64,000 bases of DNA from an uncultured delta proteobacterium (GCA_963737905.1 CAVTUQ010000001.1:32001-96000); one strand, 5' to 3'. Positions 1 through 10,839 are shown, numbered from the stretch's first letter. Translations and numbers: made by a program. Notes: generated by a model from the sequence alone, not told the origin.

Positions 1-299
1 TTCCTTCCAGACAGCGAATGTTGATGGCGGCGATTCGATTACCCTTTGGATCGGTGCCTTCTCCGTACGGGTGAATGCCGCATGTCTGGCAAAAGCGGTG
101 CTTGATGACGTGCTTGTTGAATGTGTACGTCCCGATATCCGCTTCGGGTGTGAGCACGCTGCAACTGGTCTCGCGGGGCGAACCACAGAAGAGACCCCTT
201 GCGGGAACACATCGAACAATTGCAGGCCATCGCGCCATTGAGCTCACCTTCGACCTCGAACGCGACCTTGCCGCAGTGGCAGCTACCTTTGTACTTCAC
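1..299 (-). CDS. GFA/CENP-V family protein (frameshift near 155, runs off window start)
   Basis: VKYKGSCHCG...CNCSMC motif; downstream HRFCQTCG in another frame. Confidence 0.8.
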
Positions 300-415
300 C
301 TTCGCTCTCCTTGAGTTTTTTAATCGCCGGCACGCTGAACCTAAACCGCCCTCCTGTGATGTGACGCGCAATGTTCAAGGTGAGGCGCGATTTTAAAACT
401 TATTTCGTAATATTT

Positions 416-907
416 TTATTGCCTCTCGTATGCTTGCTCTAAGCTCTTGATGTCAAGCTTTTTCATTTGAAGCAATGCCTTCATAACCCTTTCCGATTTT
501 TCAGCATTCTTGTCTTGCAACATCTCACTTAAAACAATGGGTACAATCTGCCAGGACACGCCGTATCGGTCTTTCAGCCAGCCGCATTGTTGGGCCTTCT
601 CATCCCCGCCTTGGGAAAGTTTCTCCCAATAGTAGTCCACTTCGTTTTGATTCTCGCAATGGACTTGGAATGATATAGCCTCATTGAATTTAAACGCCGG
701 ACCGCCGTTGAGCGCTGTAAACGTCTGCCCGTTGAGTTCAAATTCCACGGTTAGCACGGTTCCCTCCGGTTTTCCGTGGATTTCATAGCCCTCTTTTCCG
801 TACCGCGATATCTTCCCGATCTTCGAATTCTTAAAAATGGAGGTATAAAATTTCGCCGCCTCTTCCGCGTTACTATCGAACCACAAGCATGGGGTGATTT
901 TTTGCAT
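416..907 (-). CDS. VOC/PhnB-like (3-demethylubiquinone-9 3-methyltransferase family) protein
   Basis: QKITPCLWF, ALNGGP, CGWLKDRYGVSWQIVP motifs. Confidence 0.9.
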   Translation of the reverse strand: MQKITPCLWFDSNAEEAAKFYTSIFKNSKIGKISRYGKEGYEIHGKPEGTVLTVEFELNGQTFTALNGGPAFKFNEAISFQVHCENQNEVDYYWEKLSQGGDEKAQQCGWLKDRYGVSWQIVPIVLSEMLQDKNAEKSERVMKALLQMKKLDIKSLEQAYERQ

Positions 908-1017
908 ATAGATTTACTCCTTTGTATTAAGTCGGATCGACTTCTTTGGCGCAAAAAGCATACGTCCGGCCAGCGGATGACTCGCAGAATCCATGCTTCG
1001 TCGGCGCCGATCCAGTC

Positions 1018-1377
1018 TCACCCCGGCCTCAGCCGCCAACGGCCGTAAGCCACGAATGCCGCGAGGATTCCAACCGCCAGCGGGGCCAGCGCCATCGTGA
1101 TATCGCCGGTCATCAGCGTCAGTAGCGTCGCGCCGATCATGATGATTACCAGCCCGGCGGCGGCCAAGGGTGTCAGGCCCGGACGAATGTGCAGGAGCCA
1201 GGGCAGGATCAAACCCAGCGCGCCAAGGACTTCGCACACGCCGATGAAGCGCAGGAACCAGCCCGGCATCGGCACCTGCTTCGTCATCTCCTCGATGGAC
1301 ATGACGAACTTCATGCCACCAGCAAACAAAAAGACGGCCGCGAGCAGCGCTTGAACAATCCAAAGTGCAATATTCAT
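1018..1377 (-). CDS. DoxX-family membrane protein
   Basis: MNIALWIVQALLA..F...G..K, FIGVCEVLGALGLILP; 4 hydrophobic segments. Confidence 0.85.
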   Translation of the reverse strand: MNIALWIVQALLAAVFLFAGGMKFVMSIEEMTKQVPMPGWFLRFIGVCEVLGALGLILPWLLHIRPGLTPLAAAGLVIIMIGATLLTLMTGDITMALAPLAVGILAAFVAYGRWRLRPG

Positions 1378-1426
1378 GATGAGTCCCCTTTGAAGAAAAG
1401 TTGACCGCAGTGACACAGATAGCGCG

Positions 1427-1966
1427 CTATGGTTTCGGCGGCTCTTCCACAATGGACTTCATGCTCGCCAGACCCGTCTCGAACTGGCCGCCGATCATTT
1501 TATCCATATTCATAAAAAGGTGGATCGCTTTGGCCATGAAATTGTTTTCGCCGAACATGGCCCATGTGACCACGGTTTGATTTCCCTCGGGCTTGAAGCT
1601 GAACTCCGCGGTGTTGGTGGCTGCGAAGGGCTTGAAGAACTCGAGTTTAACTCTAATTAAGTCGCTCGGACGGCTCTCCGTGATTGTCATGCGGCCTTCG
1701 CCGGCATCTTTGTTACCAGCCCAGGTGTAAATGGCGCCGTTGCCGGCGGGCGCGCCCTCGTAGCTTTGCTTCATCGCCGGATCGATCTTCCCCCACGGGT
1801 TCCACGCCTCCCACTTGTGGAAATCATTCACCTGCGCAAATACCGCAGCCGGTGGAGCAGACATGGTGGCGCTCCGCGCCACGCGAAACTCGGATGGCTG
1901 CAGAGCCACAATGACGACAAATACGATAACGATCACTGCGAGAGAGATCAGGATAATTTTAAGCAT
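1427..1966 (-). CDS. SRPBCC/polyketide cyclase family protein
   Basis: N-terminal TM, VFAQVNDFHKWEAWNPW, GEGRMTITES. Confidence 0.85.
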   Translation of the reverse strand: MLKIILISLAVIVIVFVVIVALQPSEFRVARSATMSAPPAAVFAQVNDFHKWEAWNPWGKIDPAMKQSYEGAPAGNGAIYTWAGNKDAGEGRMTITESRPSDLIRVKLEFFKPFAATNTAEFSFKPEGNQTVVTWAMFGENNFMAKAIHLFMNMDKMIGGQFETGLASMKSIVEEPPKP

Positions 1967-1984
1967 CGTGAAATCGCTATACGC

Positions 1985-2344
1985 TCAGCCCTCGACTAGA
2001 ACCTTGAATCCGCCCCAGAACATGCGTTTGCCGTCGAAGGGCAAGGCCTTGGGGTCCATCATGTTGGCCAGGCGCGGGTCCTTCATGACCTTGGCGTTGA
2101 TCCGGTCGCGATCCGCGCGCGACTTGTACACGATGTAGGCGAACACCACCGTCTCTCCGGGCTTGAGCTTGACGCTCTGCGGAAAAGACGTATGTTTGCC
2201 CGGCTTCACGTCGTCGGCGACGCACTCCATATACTCGAGCGCGCCGTGGTCCCGCCAGACCTTGCCCGCCTTTTGCGCCATCCGCCGGTAGGCTGCCACG
2301 TTTTTCTTCGGGACGGGTACTACATATCCATCTACGTATCGCAT
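1985..2344 (-). CDS. DUF1428 (YbaA-like) protein
   Basis: YVDGYVVPVP, HGALEYMEC, PFDGKRMFWGGF. Confidence 0.9.
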   Translation of the reverse strand: MRYVDGYVVPVPKKNVAAYRRMAQKAGKVWRDHGALEYMECVADDVKPGKHTSFPQSVKLKPGETVVFAYIVYKSRADRDRINAKVMKDPRLANMMDPKALPFDGKRMFWGGFKVLVEG

Positions 2345-2404
2345 AAATCCTCTATTGATTATGGGTTCAGTTAGTTTTCAAGAACGTATCGAAACAAGAT
2401 CCTT

Positions 2405-2704
2405 TTAGCCGCCGGCGATGGCGCCCACGATCATAAACGGCTCCGCGCCCGTCGCGACCCGCTCGGGCAGCGGCGCATCCGGCGGCTCGTGAGAGAGATC
2501 TTCCCCGCAGGCGAAGAAACGCACGAACGCTCGCCGCCTCTGCGTGACGTGGTCGCGAATCGTCCCTTGCAACATCGGATAGCGAGCCTCGATCGCGTCG
2601 ATAACCGCGCGCTGCGTGACTTGTCCCTCGACGTCGAGCTTCACTTCGCCTTCGACTTGCGCGAGCTTGCGCAGATGTGCCGGGAGCGTGACTCGGATCA
2701 TCAT
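2405..2704 (-). CDS. MoaD/ThiS ubiquitin-like protein
   Basis: [10 protein letters not shown] start, C-terminal AIAGG; overlaps stop of BNR gene. Confidence 0.85.
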   Translation of the reverse strand: MMIRVTLPAHLRKLAQVEGEVKLDVEGQVTQRAVIDAIEARYPMLQGTIRDHVTQRRRAFVRFFACGEDLSHEPPDAPLPERVATGAEPFMIVGAIAGG

Positions 2705-3888
2705 GGCAGCGTCTGGACCTCGACGGACACCACGGCCGGAAGATCTCGGACGACAGGCGCCCAACTGTCCCCGCCATTGGCCGATGCGTACACCTGCCCG
2801 CCGGTGGTGCCGAAGTACACGCCGCACTTGTCGAGCGAATCGACCGCCATCGCGTCGCGCAGCACGTTGACATAACAGTCGCTTTGCGGCAGCCCCTTGG
2901 TGAGCGCTTCCCACTCGTTGCCGCCGGTGCGGCTGCGGTACACGCGCAGCTTTCCGTCCGGCGGAAAATGCTCCGAGTCGCTTTTGATCGGCACCACGTA
3001 GACGGTATTCGGCTCATGCGCGTGGACGTCGATCGCGAAGCCGAAGTCGGTGGGCAGGTTGCCGCTGATCTCGTGCCAAGACTCGCCGGCGTCGTCGCTC
3101 CGCATGACGTCCCAGTGCTTCTGCATGAACAGCACGCCCGGACGCGACCGGTTCATCGCGATGCGGTGAACGCAGTGACCGACCTCCGCAGTCGGGTTGG
3201 GGATATAGAGTGAGTGCAGACCGCGGTTGATCGGCTGCCATGTTTTGCCCGCATCGTCGGTGCGGAATGCGCCCGCTGACGAGATCGCGATGAAGATGCG
3301 GTTCGGATTATTCGGATCCAGAAGGATCGTGTGCAGGCACATCCCACCGGCGCCCGGCTGCCAGTAGGGTCCTGAGCCGTGGCCGCGCAGACCGGGTAGC
3401 TCCCGCCACGTCTGCCCGCCGTCGGTCGATCGGAACAAGGCCGCATCTTCGACCCCGGCGTAGACTGTATCGGCATCGGTCAGCGACGGCTCGACATGCC
3501 AGACGCGTTTGAACTCCCAGGGGTGCGGCGTGCCGTCGTACCATTGGTGCGTGGTGAGAGGCTTGCCGGTTTCAGGAGACGTGTCGTAAACAAACTTGTT
3601 GCTCTCGCCCTTGGGCATGCCCTCCGGGGTGGTGGTCGGTTCGCCGGGAGGCGTTCCGGGCTGGTGCCATGTCTTGCCGCCGTCGTCTGAGCGTTGAATG
3701 ATCTGCCCAAACCAGCCGCTCGATTGCGACGCATACAGCCGATTCGGATCAACGGGAGATCCCTTGAGATGATAAATTTCCCAGCCCGCGAAGTGGGGAC
3801 CGCTGATGTCCCATTTCTCGCGCTTTGCGTCCGATGACAGAACGAACGCGCCCTTGCGTGTGCCAACCAGTACTCGTACTCCGCTCAT
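2701..3888 (-). CDS. BNR/Asp-box repeat (sialidase-like) beta-propeller protein
   Basis: repeated RSDDGGKTW / RSTDGGQTW Asp-boxes. Confidence 0.85.
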   Translation of the reverse strand: MSGVRVLVGTRKGAFVLSSDAKREKWDISGPHFAGWEIYHLKGSPVDPNRLYASQSSGWFGQIIQRSDDGGKTWHQPGTPPGEPTTTPEGMPKGESNKFVYDTSPETGKPLTTHQWYDGTPHPWEFKRVWHVEPSLTDADTVYAGVEDAALFRSTDGGQTWRELPGLRGHGSGPYWQPGAGGMCLHTILLDPNNPNRIFIAISSAGAFRTDDAGKTWQPINRGLHSLYIPNPTAEVGHCVHRIAMNRSRPGVLFMQKHWDVMRSDDAGESWHEISGNLPTDFGFAIDVHAHEPNTVYVVPIKSDSEHFPPDGKLRVYRSRTGGNEWEALTKGLPQSDCYVNVLRDAMAVDSLDKCGVYFGTTGGQVYASANGGDSWAPVVRDLPAVVSVEVQTLP

Positions 3889-3943
3889 AACTTACTCCCT
3901 CCTAGCATTGTTGTTCTCGTACAAACCCCCTAAAAACCCGCAT

Positions 3944-4309
3944 CTAATCACCGGGCAGGCCCGCGATCTCCTTGACGGGCCTCACCTCGACGGTTCCGAT
4001 CCGCGCCCCTGGAACTCGAGCAGCGACACCGATCGCCTCGTCGAGATCCTTGGCATGGATCAGGAAGTAGCCGGCGATCTGCTCGCGCGTTTCTATAAAC
4101 GGACCGTCGGTCACGAAACTTTTGCCGTCGCGGACCCGAACGATGGCCGCTGTCGACGCCTGATGCAGCGGCGAAGCGCTCAGATATTTCCCGTTGGCGT
4201 GGAGCTGGTGCGTGAGCTGCACGGACTCTTCAAGCATCTGCTGCCGCTGGGTCTCGCTGAACTTGGCGAAGGCCTCTTCGTCGTGGTGAACCAGCAACAT
4301 GTATTTCAT
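3944..4309 (-). CDS. YciI/DGPF-domain protein
   Basis: MKYMLL start, TDGPFIETREQIAGYF. Confidence 0.9.
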   Translation of the reverse strand: MKYMLLVHHDEEAFAKFSETQRQQMLEESVQLTHQLHANGKYLSASPLHQASTAAIVRVRDGKSFVTDGPFIETREQIAGYFLIHAKDLDEAIGVAARVPGARIGTVEVRPVKEIAGLPGD

Positions 4310-4335
4310 GAGGATACCTCCATCGACATCGGATA

Positions 4336-4362
4336 GTCGTTCGAAAGAGCCCATAATCGACA
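4336..4362 (-). promoter_or_regulatory. putative ECF42-dependent promoter
   Basis: minus strand TGTCGA-N17-CGAC upstream of a DGPF gene; same motif and spacing at 6982-7008. Confidence 0.7.
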
Positions 4363-4403
4363 ACGGCCCTGCCCGGCGCAGTTACTCCAGCAGCCCGCCA
4401 TTA

Positions 4404-4760
4404 CTAGGCGGTCGGCAGGCCCGGGATATCGATCACCGGTCGGACCTCGACCGTCCCTTTGCGCGCCATGGGAATCCGCGCGGCGATACCGATCGCCTCG
4501 TCGAGATTGTTGGCCTCGATGAGGAAGTAGCCGCCCAGCTGCTCCCGCGTCTCCGCGAATGGACCATCGGTCACGAGGCGTTTGCCGTTGCGCACCCGGA
4601 CGCTGGTCGCCATTGATGTTGGGTGCAGCGGGTTGGCGGCCAGATACTGCCCGCTCGAATGAATTTGTTGCGCGAGCTCGGTTGATTCGACGTAACACTC
4701 CTGCCGCTCGGTCTCGCTCAACGACTGCTCGTCCAAGTAAATCAATAACATGTATTTCAT
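4404..4760 (-). CDS. YciI/DGPF-domain protein
   Basis: [16 protein letters not shown]. Confidence 0.9.
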   Translation of the reverse strand: MKYMLLIYLDEQSLSETERQECYVESTELAQQIHSSGQYLAANPLHPTSMATSVRVRNGKRLVTDGPFAETREQLGGYFLIEANNLDEAIGIAARIPMARKGTVEVRPVIDIPGLPTA

Positions 4761-4837
4761 GCTTACTCCGCGATTTCGTAATCCTCCGCCGGCTCACGAC
4801 CGGCAATGCGGAAACCATATCGAGGGATGGTCCGATG

Positions 4838-5317
4838 TCACCCCTTCTCGGCGGCCGCCGCCATGGCGGCGGCGCGCTTTTTCAACTCCTTCACTGGGAT
4901 GTCCTTGATGTGGGTCGCGATATGCCAGACATGGCCGAAGGGGTCTTCCAGAGAGCCGCTGCGGTCGCCGTAGAACTGGTCTGCCACCGGTCGCAATGAT
5001 TTTGCACCGGCCGCGACCGCCTTTTTCACAACCTTGTCCACATCCGTCACGTAGAGATGAATGTTCACCGGAGTGCCCCCAACCGAGCCGGGACTGCGAA
5101 AGTTCATTTCCGGAAATTCGTCGGCCAGCATGATACGGGAGTCGCCGACTTGGATTTCGGCGTGGCCGATGGTTCTCCCTGGCCCCGGCATGCGCATGAC
5201 TTCCTTGGCTCCGAAGGCCTTCTTGTAGAATGCGATGGCGCCGGCCGCTCCCTTCACGCTCAGGTAAGGCGTTACGGCGTGGTATCCCTTAGGAATCGGT
5301 TTTATTTTCGTTCTCAA
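4838..5317 (-). CDS. VOC/glyoxalase family protein
   Basis: VTPYL, AIAFYKKAFGA, DQFYGDRSG..DPFGHVW. Confidence 0.9.
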   Translation of the reverse strand: MRTKIKPIPKGYHAVTPYLSVKGAAGAIAFYKKAFGAKEVMRMPGPGRTIGHAEIQVGDSRIMLADEFPEMNFRSPGSVGGTPVNIHLYVTDVDKVVKKAVAAGAKSLRPVADQFYGDRSGSLEDPFGHVWHIATHIKDIPVKELKKRAAAMAAAAEKG

Positions 5318-5388
5318 AATCGGCCTCCCTTCGTGGAAAATACGAGGCGCGGAGGGCCTCGATCAGTTTTAGTACAACTCCGCGATTG

Positions 5389-5483
5389 TGTCATTCCAGC
5401 ATGAGTGCTGGGATCCAGGTGGACATGGATGTCTCCGGACGCATCCTGCGAACCTAGATGCCGGCAATCCGTGCCGGCATGAC
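5389..5483. repeat. REP-like palindromic intergenic element
   Basis: TGTCATTCCAGC...GCTGGGATCCAG...ATGCCGGC-N7-GCCGGCATGAC; related element at 20687-20741. Confidence 0.55.
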
Positions 5484-5519
5484 GAAGATCTCCATTTCAT
5501 GTTCTAGGCAAGCGAAAAG

Positions 5520-5933
5520 TTAAGGCGCCACGCTGACCATCCACCCGACACCGAAGCGGTCGGCGACCATGCCGAAGCGCGGCGACCAGAACGTCTTGGT
5601 GAGAGGCATCTGCACCTGGCCGCCGTCGGCCAGCGCGGCAAATTTCCGGTCGGCGTCGGCCTCACTTGCCACCGTCAGCGATAGAGAAAAGCCCTGAAAA
5701 CTCATCTGCCCCGTGCACCGACCGTCGGAGGCCATCACCGTCGTCTCGCCGATGCGAAAGCTCGTGTGCATGATCTTGTTCTCGGAACCCGGCGGAACCA
5801 TTTCAGATGCTTGGGGTTCAGGACTGTCCTTGAAGCGCATGAGCATCGTCACCTCGGCGCCGAGAACTTTCTTATAGAATTCGATTGCTTCCTCGCAGCG
5901 GCCGTCGAAAAACAAATAGACTTCGACTTGCAT
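5520..5933 (-). CDS. VOC/PhnB family protein
   Basis: YLFFDGRCEEAIEFY, TFWSPRFGMVADRFGVGW. Confidence 0.9.
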   Translation of the reverse strand: MQVEVYLFFDGRCEEAIEFYKKVLGAEVTMLMRFKDSPEPQASEMVPPGSENKIMHTSFRIGETTVMASDGRCTGQMSFQGFSLSLTVASEADADRKFAALADGGQVQMPLTKTFWSPRFGMVADRFGVGWMVSVAP

Positions 5934-5977
5934 GGCATTTCCTCCTGTGGGTTTGGGTTGATATTGCGATTGCGGTT

Positions 5978-6424
5978 TTATCGTTTACCTGCCTTTGCCA
6001 GCTGTTCGGATTGCGCGCGCAGGCGCGCCTCCTGTTCCCTCAACTCGGGGGTGAACTCGGTACCGAAATCCTCAGCCTCAAATATCTGCCGTATTTCGAC
6101 CTCAGTCTCCTCGTTATGGGGATTGGGACAGCGCTTGACCCACCCGATCGCTTCCTCCTTCGATTTGCACTGCCAAATCCAAAAACCGGCGATTAGCTCC
6201 TTCGTCTCGGCGAAGGGGCCGTCGATCACGGTCCGCTTGCCTCCAGAGAACCGGACGCGCGCGCCCTTGGAGGTCGGATGGAGCCCCTCACCCGCGAGCA
6301 TCACGCCCGCCTGCACCAGCTCTTCGTTGAACTTGCCCATCTCCGTCAGCAGCTGTTCGCTCGGCATCACTCCCGCTTCCGAGTCTTTGGTGGCCTTAAT
6401 CAAGATCATGAATCGCATCGTCAT
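5978..6424 (-). CDS. YciI/DGPF-domain protein
   Basis: [24 protein letters not shown]. Confidence 0.9.
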   Translation of the reverse strand: MTMRFMILIKATKDSEAGVMPSEQLLTEMGKFNEELVQAGVMLAGEGLHPTSKGARVRFSGGKRTVIDGPFAETKELIAGFWIWQCKSKEEAIGWVKRCPNPHNEETEVEIRQIFEAEDFGTEFTPELREQEARLRAQSEQLAKAGKR

Positions 6425-6497
6425 ATCTCCTTATGAATTATTTATTTGCTGTAATTTGCGTGTTTACTGTTTCTCGCCGTCGATTATTCGTCCGGCA

Positions 6498-6943
6498 TCA
6501 CAGCGACGGCCCACCAAGGTCACCGGCATCCCGTGATGATGACTTTTTCTTGGATGGAGGCTGTGTGTAATGCTCGCTCAACCTGTCGGGGAGCCCGATG
6601 TCTTCGATCGGACGAATCTCGAAGCATCCTCCCAGACGCACACCTGGATGCTTCGACATCAACTGGATCGCGTGGTTCAGGTCATTCGCTTCCAGAAACA
6701 AAATTCCGCCCAGCTGTTCCTTTGTTTCGGCAAACGGCCCGTCAGTAACGGAGACCTTGCCGCCCTGCCATCGCAAAGTGGCGGCGTTCCGAACGCTTTG
6801 CAAGGCTTCCCCGCCAATCATGTGACCGATCTTACGAAGAACGTCATCGAAGGCAAAAAACTCCTTTATCATGCCGTCGCGCTCGTTTTCGGACATCGCC
6901 TCCCACTTCTTCTCCTCCATGTATCCAAGGCATAATACTTCAT
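6498..6943 (-). CDS. YciI/DGPF-domain protein (1-bp frameshift just after ATG at 6943)
   Basis: ATG AAG TAT start then LCLGY in the next frame; [14 protein letters not shown]. Confidence 0.8.
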
Positions 6944-6981
6944 GATTTCGTTCCATGGTCGTTTGGGTGCTTATACCCATA

Positions 6982-7008
6982 GTCGTTCGGCGGAACCCAA
7001 AATCGACA
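6982..7008 (-). promoter_or_regulatory. putative ECF42-dependent promoter
   Basis: minus strand TGTCGA-N17-CGAC upstream of a DGPF gene. Confidence 0.7.
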
Positions 7009-7038
7009 ACGGGACTTTAAAAAACTGCGTTCGCGGTC

Positions 7039-8355
7039 TCAGTCCGGCAGTTCGGCCAGCCGCCGCTCCAGAAACCGCCGTTCCGGCTCCTGCTCCGTCA
7101 GGCTCAGGGCCCGTTCGTAGGAGGCTCGGGCGTCTGCTTTTCGCCCCAGCCGCCGGCAAAGGTCAGCCCGCGCCGCATGGGCGAGGTGATAGTGCGAAAG
7201 ATCGCCCCGTCCCAGGATGGCGTCGATCAGCGCAAGCCCCGCAGACGGACCGTCGCGCATTGCCACCGCCACCGCCCGGTTCAGCTCGACCACGGGCGAC
7301 GGCTCTGCCCGTGTCAGCAGATCGTACAGCGCGACGATCTGGGCCCAGTCCGTGACGGCGGCCTCGGCCGCGTTAGCATGCACGGCTGCGATCGCCGCTT
7401 GGACGGTGTAGGGACCGACCTGACGTGCGGCCAGCGCCCGTTCTACCAGCACCGAACCCTCTATGATGTAATCGCGGTTCCAGAGCGAGCGATCTTGATC
7501 TTCCAAGAGCACGAGGTCGCCCGACGGCGAAGTTCGAGCGGGGCGGCGCGAGTCATGGAGCAGCATCAGCGCGAGCAGTCCCAGCGCTTCCGCCTCCGGT
7601 AGCAACTCCACAAGCAGCCGGCCGAGGCTGATCGCTTCGTTTGAAAGATCGTGCCGCGTGAGTGCCGCGCCGGAAGACGCGTAGTACCCCTCGTTGAACA
7701 CGAGGTAGACGACCCGAAGCACCGCTTCGAGCCGGTCCGGCAGATCGGCCGCCGAGGGTACTTCATAGGGAATCCGCGCGTTGCGAATCTTGGCCTTGGC
7801 GCGCACGATGCGCTGCGCCACTGTGGGCGGCGATGAGAGAAAGGCCCGCGCGACCTCCTCGGTTGTGAGACCGCAGACTTCGCGCAAGGTCATCGCCACC
7901 TGGGCGTCCGGCGAGAGGGCTGGATGGCAGCAGGTGAAGATCAGACGCAGCCGGTCGTCTTTGATGCTTTCGTCGTTCCATGCCTCGGGATCGTCAGTCT
8001 CAGCCATGAGTCGCTTGTCGAAATCGTCCGGCAACGGCTCGAATCGGCTATGCCGGCGAATTGCGTCAATGGCCTTGAACCGGCCGGTCGATACGAGCCA
8101 GGCGCGCGGATTGGCGGGCACGCCATCGCGCGGCCATTGCTCCAAAGCCGCTCTGAAAGCGTCGTGCAGCGCCTCCTCGGCGATATCGAAGTCGCCGAGG
8201 AGGCGGATTAACGTAGCGAGGACGTGGCGCGAGTCGGAACGGTAGACGGCGTCTACAGTGTTGCGCGCGTGTTCAGCCGCAGTCTCCGAGCCGGCCTGTG
8301 GGTTGCGATCCATAAAATCTGTCGTCCTCTCATTTAGGGTTAGCGTAGAGGCCAC
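7039..8355 (-). CDS. ECF sigma factor with C-terminal TPR-like extension (ECF42 type)
   Basis: AEEALHDAF..ALEQWP, DDRLRLIFTCCHPAL, long C-terminal extension, DGPF neighbours. Confidence 0.9.
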   Translation of the reverse strand: MASTLTLNERTTDFMDRNPQAGSETAAEHARNTVDAVYRSDSRHVLATLIRLLGDFDIAEEALHDAFRAALEQWPRDGVPANPRAWLVSTGRFKAIDAIRRHSRFEPLPDDFDKRLMAETDDPEAWNDESIKDDRLRLIFTCCHPALSPDAQVAMTLREVCGLTTEEVARAFLSSPPTVAQRIVRAKAKIRNARIPYEVPSAADLPDRLEAVLRVVYLVFNEGYYASSGAALTRHDLSNEAISLGRLLVELLPEAEALGLLALMLLHDSRRPARTSPSGDLVLLEDQDRSLWNRDYIIEGSVLVERALAARQVGPYTVQAAIAAVHANAAEAAVTDWAQIVALYDLLTRAEPSPVVELNRAVAVAMRDGPSAGLALIDAILGRGDLSHYHLAHAARADLCRRLGRKADARASYERALSLTEQEPERRFLERRLAELPD

Positions 8356-8571
8356 GAATCAAGGAGAGGATCGATTTCGCATTTTCCACCAATCCGATCG
8401 CGCTCCAAGCATGATTAATTTTGTCGCAATCGACGCCAAAATCAATGAGGGACTGCATATCGGCGGCGAGGCGAGTGCTATGAAGCGACAGAGGTCTTAT
8501 CGAAACTGAAATGTTGTCGGTTCTTTGAATCTTGAACTTTGAACGACAACTACTGGATATAGAGTTTGGCT

Positions 8572-10659
8572 TTAGTGCGAACGCGTAATGCCGAGTTTTA
8601 TCATCCGCGACTGAAGGGTTGTCCGTTTCATGCCGAGCCTGGCGGCCGCACCCGTGGGGCCGCCGATGACCCAATTGGTTTCGCCGAGCGCGCGTACGAT
8701 GTGCTCCCGTTCCGCGTTTTCCAGAGTCGCAAAACCGTCTGGATGAGCGAGAGGCGCGAGTTTGGTTCTTTGCTTCAATTCGGCGAGCGGAATTTGCAGC
8801 TCCGCGCCGCGGGAAAGGATAACGCCGCGTTCGATGAAGTTCTCGAGCTCCCGCACGTTGCCAGGCCAGTGGTATTCCCTCAAAGCCGTCATGGCTTTAG
8901 CGTCGATCGAATCGATGGGCTTTTTCATCCGCCGCGCGTGCTTTTGCGCGAAATAGCGCGCGAGCAGCGGGATGTCTTCGTGCCGATCGCGCAGCGGAGG
9001 GATCATCACGGGGAAAACGTTGAGCCGGTAAAAGAGATCGCTGCGAAACTGATTTTCCGCCACCTTTTGGGCCAGGTCCACATTGGTGGCGGCCACCAGG
9101 CGAACATCCACACGGATCGTGCGCGCGCTGCCGAGACGCTCGAACTCTTGTTCCTGAAGAACGCGCAGCAGCTTCGGCTGGAGATCTTGAGGAATGTCGC
9201 CTACCTCGTCCAGAAAGAGCGTGCCTCGGTGCGCCAGTTCGAACCGGCCGACTCGTTGCGCAACGGCGCCGGTAAAAGCGCCCCTCTCGTGCCCGAACAG
9301 TTCGCTTTCGAGGAGCCCGGTCGGAATCGCGGCACAGTTCACTTTCACGAGCGTCCGCTCGCGACGCGCGCTGAGATGGTGGATGGCGCGCGCGATCAAT
9401 TCCTTACCGGTGCCGGTTTCACCGAGAATGAGAATCGTCGAATCCGTCGGCGCCACCGTCTGTATCTGTTCCAGAACTTTTTTCAGGGCAGCGCTTTCAC
9501 CGATGATCTCTTCGAAGTTGTATTCGGTGCGAATCTCATCTTGCAGGTAGAGTTTCTCCTCGCTGAGTTTATTCGCCCGGTCCACGACCTGCCGATAAGA
9601 AAGCGCGTTTTCCACGCCGATGGCGATTTGATTGGCAACATGCTGCAGGAGTTCCGCATCCTTCAGCGGAAAGTTTTCTTCGCGCAGGCTCCCTACCACC
9701 AGCGTGCCGAGGGGTCGACCGTGAGAAATCAAGGGGAGACAATAAGCGGACTTGAGTCCTTCGGCCAGTATGCGCCGCGCGATGTCGGAGCCGAATTGCT
9801 CGATGTCGCCCCGCGTTATGAAAACCGGTTGGCGCGTGGTGATGGCCCGGCCCGTGGGTGATCCCGCTACCGGTATCGAGAGACCTTCCTGAAGCATTCC
9901 CTTACTGACCGGAAAATCCAGAGCGTGAATCTGCAAGCTTTGGGTTTCGGCATCGTAAAGAGAGATGCTTGCGTATTCATGGGGCACCAAGCGCCGCAGC
10001 GACGCGGAGACGGCGTTTAGCAATTCGTGCAAATCAAGCACGGAAACGACCGCATTATTCACCTCGAGCAGCAGGCTCAAACGATCGCGTTCTTCCTTCA
10101 GTTGTTGCTGAACCGACTGCGCCTGTTCGAAGTTGAGCGCGTTGTCCACCGCCACCGCTACTTGCCGAGCCACCTGCTGTAAAAAAACCACATCGATATC
10201 GGAATAAGCGGCTACCACTCTGCTGCCAAAGGCCAGCGCACCCAGTTTCCTCAACGCGGTGGTGGCGGGAACAACACAGATCGATCGCACTCCGCGGTCG
10301 CCAAGCCACCGGGCCAAATCCGGGAATCGCGTGTCGCTCCCAAGATCGGAGGCCACCCAAGGTGTTTGCGTATCCCGCACCCATTCCCCCGGAGTCTCCA
10401 TCGGACATTCCCCAGGAGGGCAGGTGTAATTGGGATCGGGGGTCTCCAGGACATGGGACTTCATCGCTCGACGTACGGGCTCGTAGAGAATCAGGTTGGC
10501 GAAATCGAATTCCAGGACACGATGCAACCGGGGGGCAAGATCATGAAAAAGCTGGTCGAGATCCCGGTGCGAAGCGATCGCCTCCGAAATCTCCAGAAGC
10601 GCCTGGTATTGGCTCTGTAAGAGATCCATCCCTTGCCGCTCTGTTATCTGATCGTTCAC
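8572..10659 (-). CDS. sigma54-dependent activator, FhlA-like (2 GAF + AAA+ + Fis HTH)
   Basis: GETGTGKE, ESELFGHERGAFTGA, FLDEVG, WPGNVRELEN, C-terminal HTH. Confidence 0.92.
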   Translation of the reverse strand: MNDQITERQGMDLLQSQYQALLEISEAIASHRDLDQLFHDLAPRLHRVLEFDFANLILYEPVRRAMKSHVLETPDPNYTCPPGECPMETPGEWVRDTQTPWVASDLGSDTRFPDLARWLGDRGVRSICVVPATTALRKLGALAFGSRVVAAYSDIDVVFLQQVARQVAVAVDNALNFEQAQSVQQQLKEERDRLSLLLEVNNAVVSVLDLHELLNAVSASLRRLVPHEYASISLYDAETQSLQIHALDFPVSKGMLQEGLSIPVAGSPTGRAITTRQPVFITRGDIEQFGSDIARRILAEGLKSAYCLPLISHGRPLGTLVVGSLREENFPLKDAELLQHVANQIAIGVENALSYRQVVDRANKLSEEKLYLQDEIRTEYNFEEIIGESAALKKVLEQIQTVAPTDSTILILGETGTGKELIARAIHHLSARRERTLVKVNCAAIPTGLLESELFGHERGAFTGAVAQRVGRFELAHRGTLFLDEVGDIPQDLQPKLLRVLQEQEFERLGSARTIRVDVRLVAATNVDLAQKVAENQFRSDLFYRLNVFPVMIPPLRDRHEDIPLLARYFAQKHARRMKKPIDSIDAKAMTALREYHWPGNVRELENFIERGVILSRGAELQIPLAELKQRTKLAPLAHPDGFATLENAEREHIVRALGETNWVIGGPTGAAARLGMKRTTLQSRMIKLGITRSH

Positions 10660-10839
10660 AGTTTAAAGAATATACACCGACTCCGGAACGTTCAAGACAC
10701 GGACCGTTCCCCTTATCGCTCATCGGCCTCACGGCTAAGGGTGCCTACCCGGCGGCACTTAGTGACCTTGTGCCTCCGGTTTTTGGCCTTGCAAGGAGTG
10801 ACAGATCTTTGTACACTTTTCTGTAAGCAAGGAGGGATT

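Noticed and set aside
8566-9861. 431-aa plus-strand ORF
   Set aside because: Antisense shadow of the sigma54 activator; the many plus-strand ORFs over the GAF kinases were rejected for the same reason.
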